Below, piece after piece: positions 63,515 through 64,000 of a DNA stretch of 64,000 bases; within the stretch, counting starts at the first letter, position 1; each line of letters begins with the position of its first letter. Location of the stretch: NCBI RefSeq assembly GCF_006345805.1, contig NC_043010.1, positions 30,008,001 to 30,072,000 on the forward strand, read 5' to 3'. The notes beneath the pieces are model-generated. The model was not told the DNA's origin. It was given only the letters and a program-made list of their open reading frames with translations, and made no database searches. A program made the position numbers and the translations under genes. Source of the DNA: Octopus sinensis. Taxonomy: Eukaryota.

Positions 63515-63827
63515 GAACACGAAGACAGACGAAATACCTATTTCTTTATTGCCCACAAGGGGCTAAACATAGAGGGGACAAACAAGGATAGACAACCGGA
63601 TTAAGTCGATTACATCGACCCCAGTGCGCAACTGGTGCTTAATTTATCCACCCCGAAAGGATGAAAGGCAAAGTCGACGTCGGCGGAATTTGAACTCGGA
63701 ATGTAACGGCAGACGAAATACAGCTACGCATTTCGCCCGGCGTGCTAACGTTTCTGCCAGCTCGCCGCCTTAAATGATGATGATGATAATGATAAAAACA
63801 ACAACAACAACAACAAAAACAACAACA

Positions 63828-63864
<37 letters not shown>

Positions 63865-63865
63865 C

Positions 63866-63928
<63 letters not shown>

Positions 63929-64000
63929 AATAATAATAACAATAACAACAACAAAAACCTGAAAATAATTGGTAAAATCCCGTTTGCACTTAAGGATATA

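Overview
AT-rich, microsatellite-saturated eukaryotic DNA. The SINE families, (TA)n/(CA)n/(AAT)n/(TGTA)n tracts and C2H2 gene strongly suggest an octopus (coleoid cephalopod) genome; this is an inference. One clear protein-coding gene is present: a 565-aa, 16-finger C2H2 zinc-finger ORF at 17766-19463 (+). It lies inside an apparently CpG-depleted domain of about 7.7-29.1 kb. The rest is mostly transposon-derived: several tRNA-derived SINE families, Penelope-like RT and pLTR fragments, CR1, RTE and R4/Dong-like LINE fragments, a full-length decayed hAT (Buster/Charlie-like) element with an 8-bp TSD, mariner/Tc1 relics, MITEs, non-autonomous Helitrons, and a young non-autonomous LTR element with a tRNA-Trp PBS. 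The most notable observations are four. (1) At least six type-I hammerhead-ribozyme motifs lie in 46.8-56.6 kb, one with a compensatory G3:C8 core swap and two with very long stem-II loops. (2) The zinc-finger recognition helices repeat D-x-S-H-L-x-R, predicting binding to (GGC/GGT)n repeats. (3) A 34-bp SINE-derived minisatellite sits at the edge of the CpG-depleted domain. (4) Inverted Helitron and SINE pairs could form long dsRNA. Nearly all other ORFs in the track are microsatellite artefacts. All calls were made by eye; no database searches were run.
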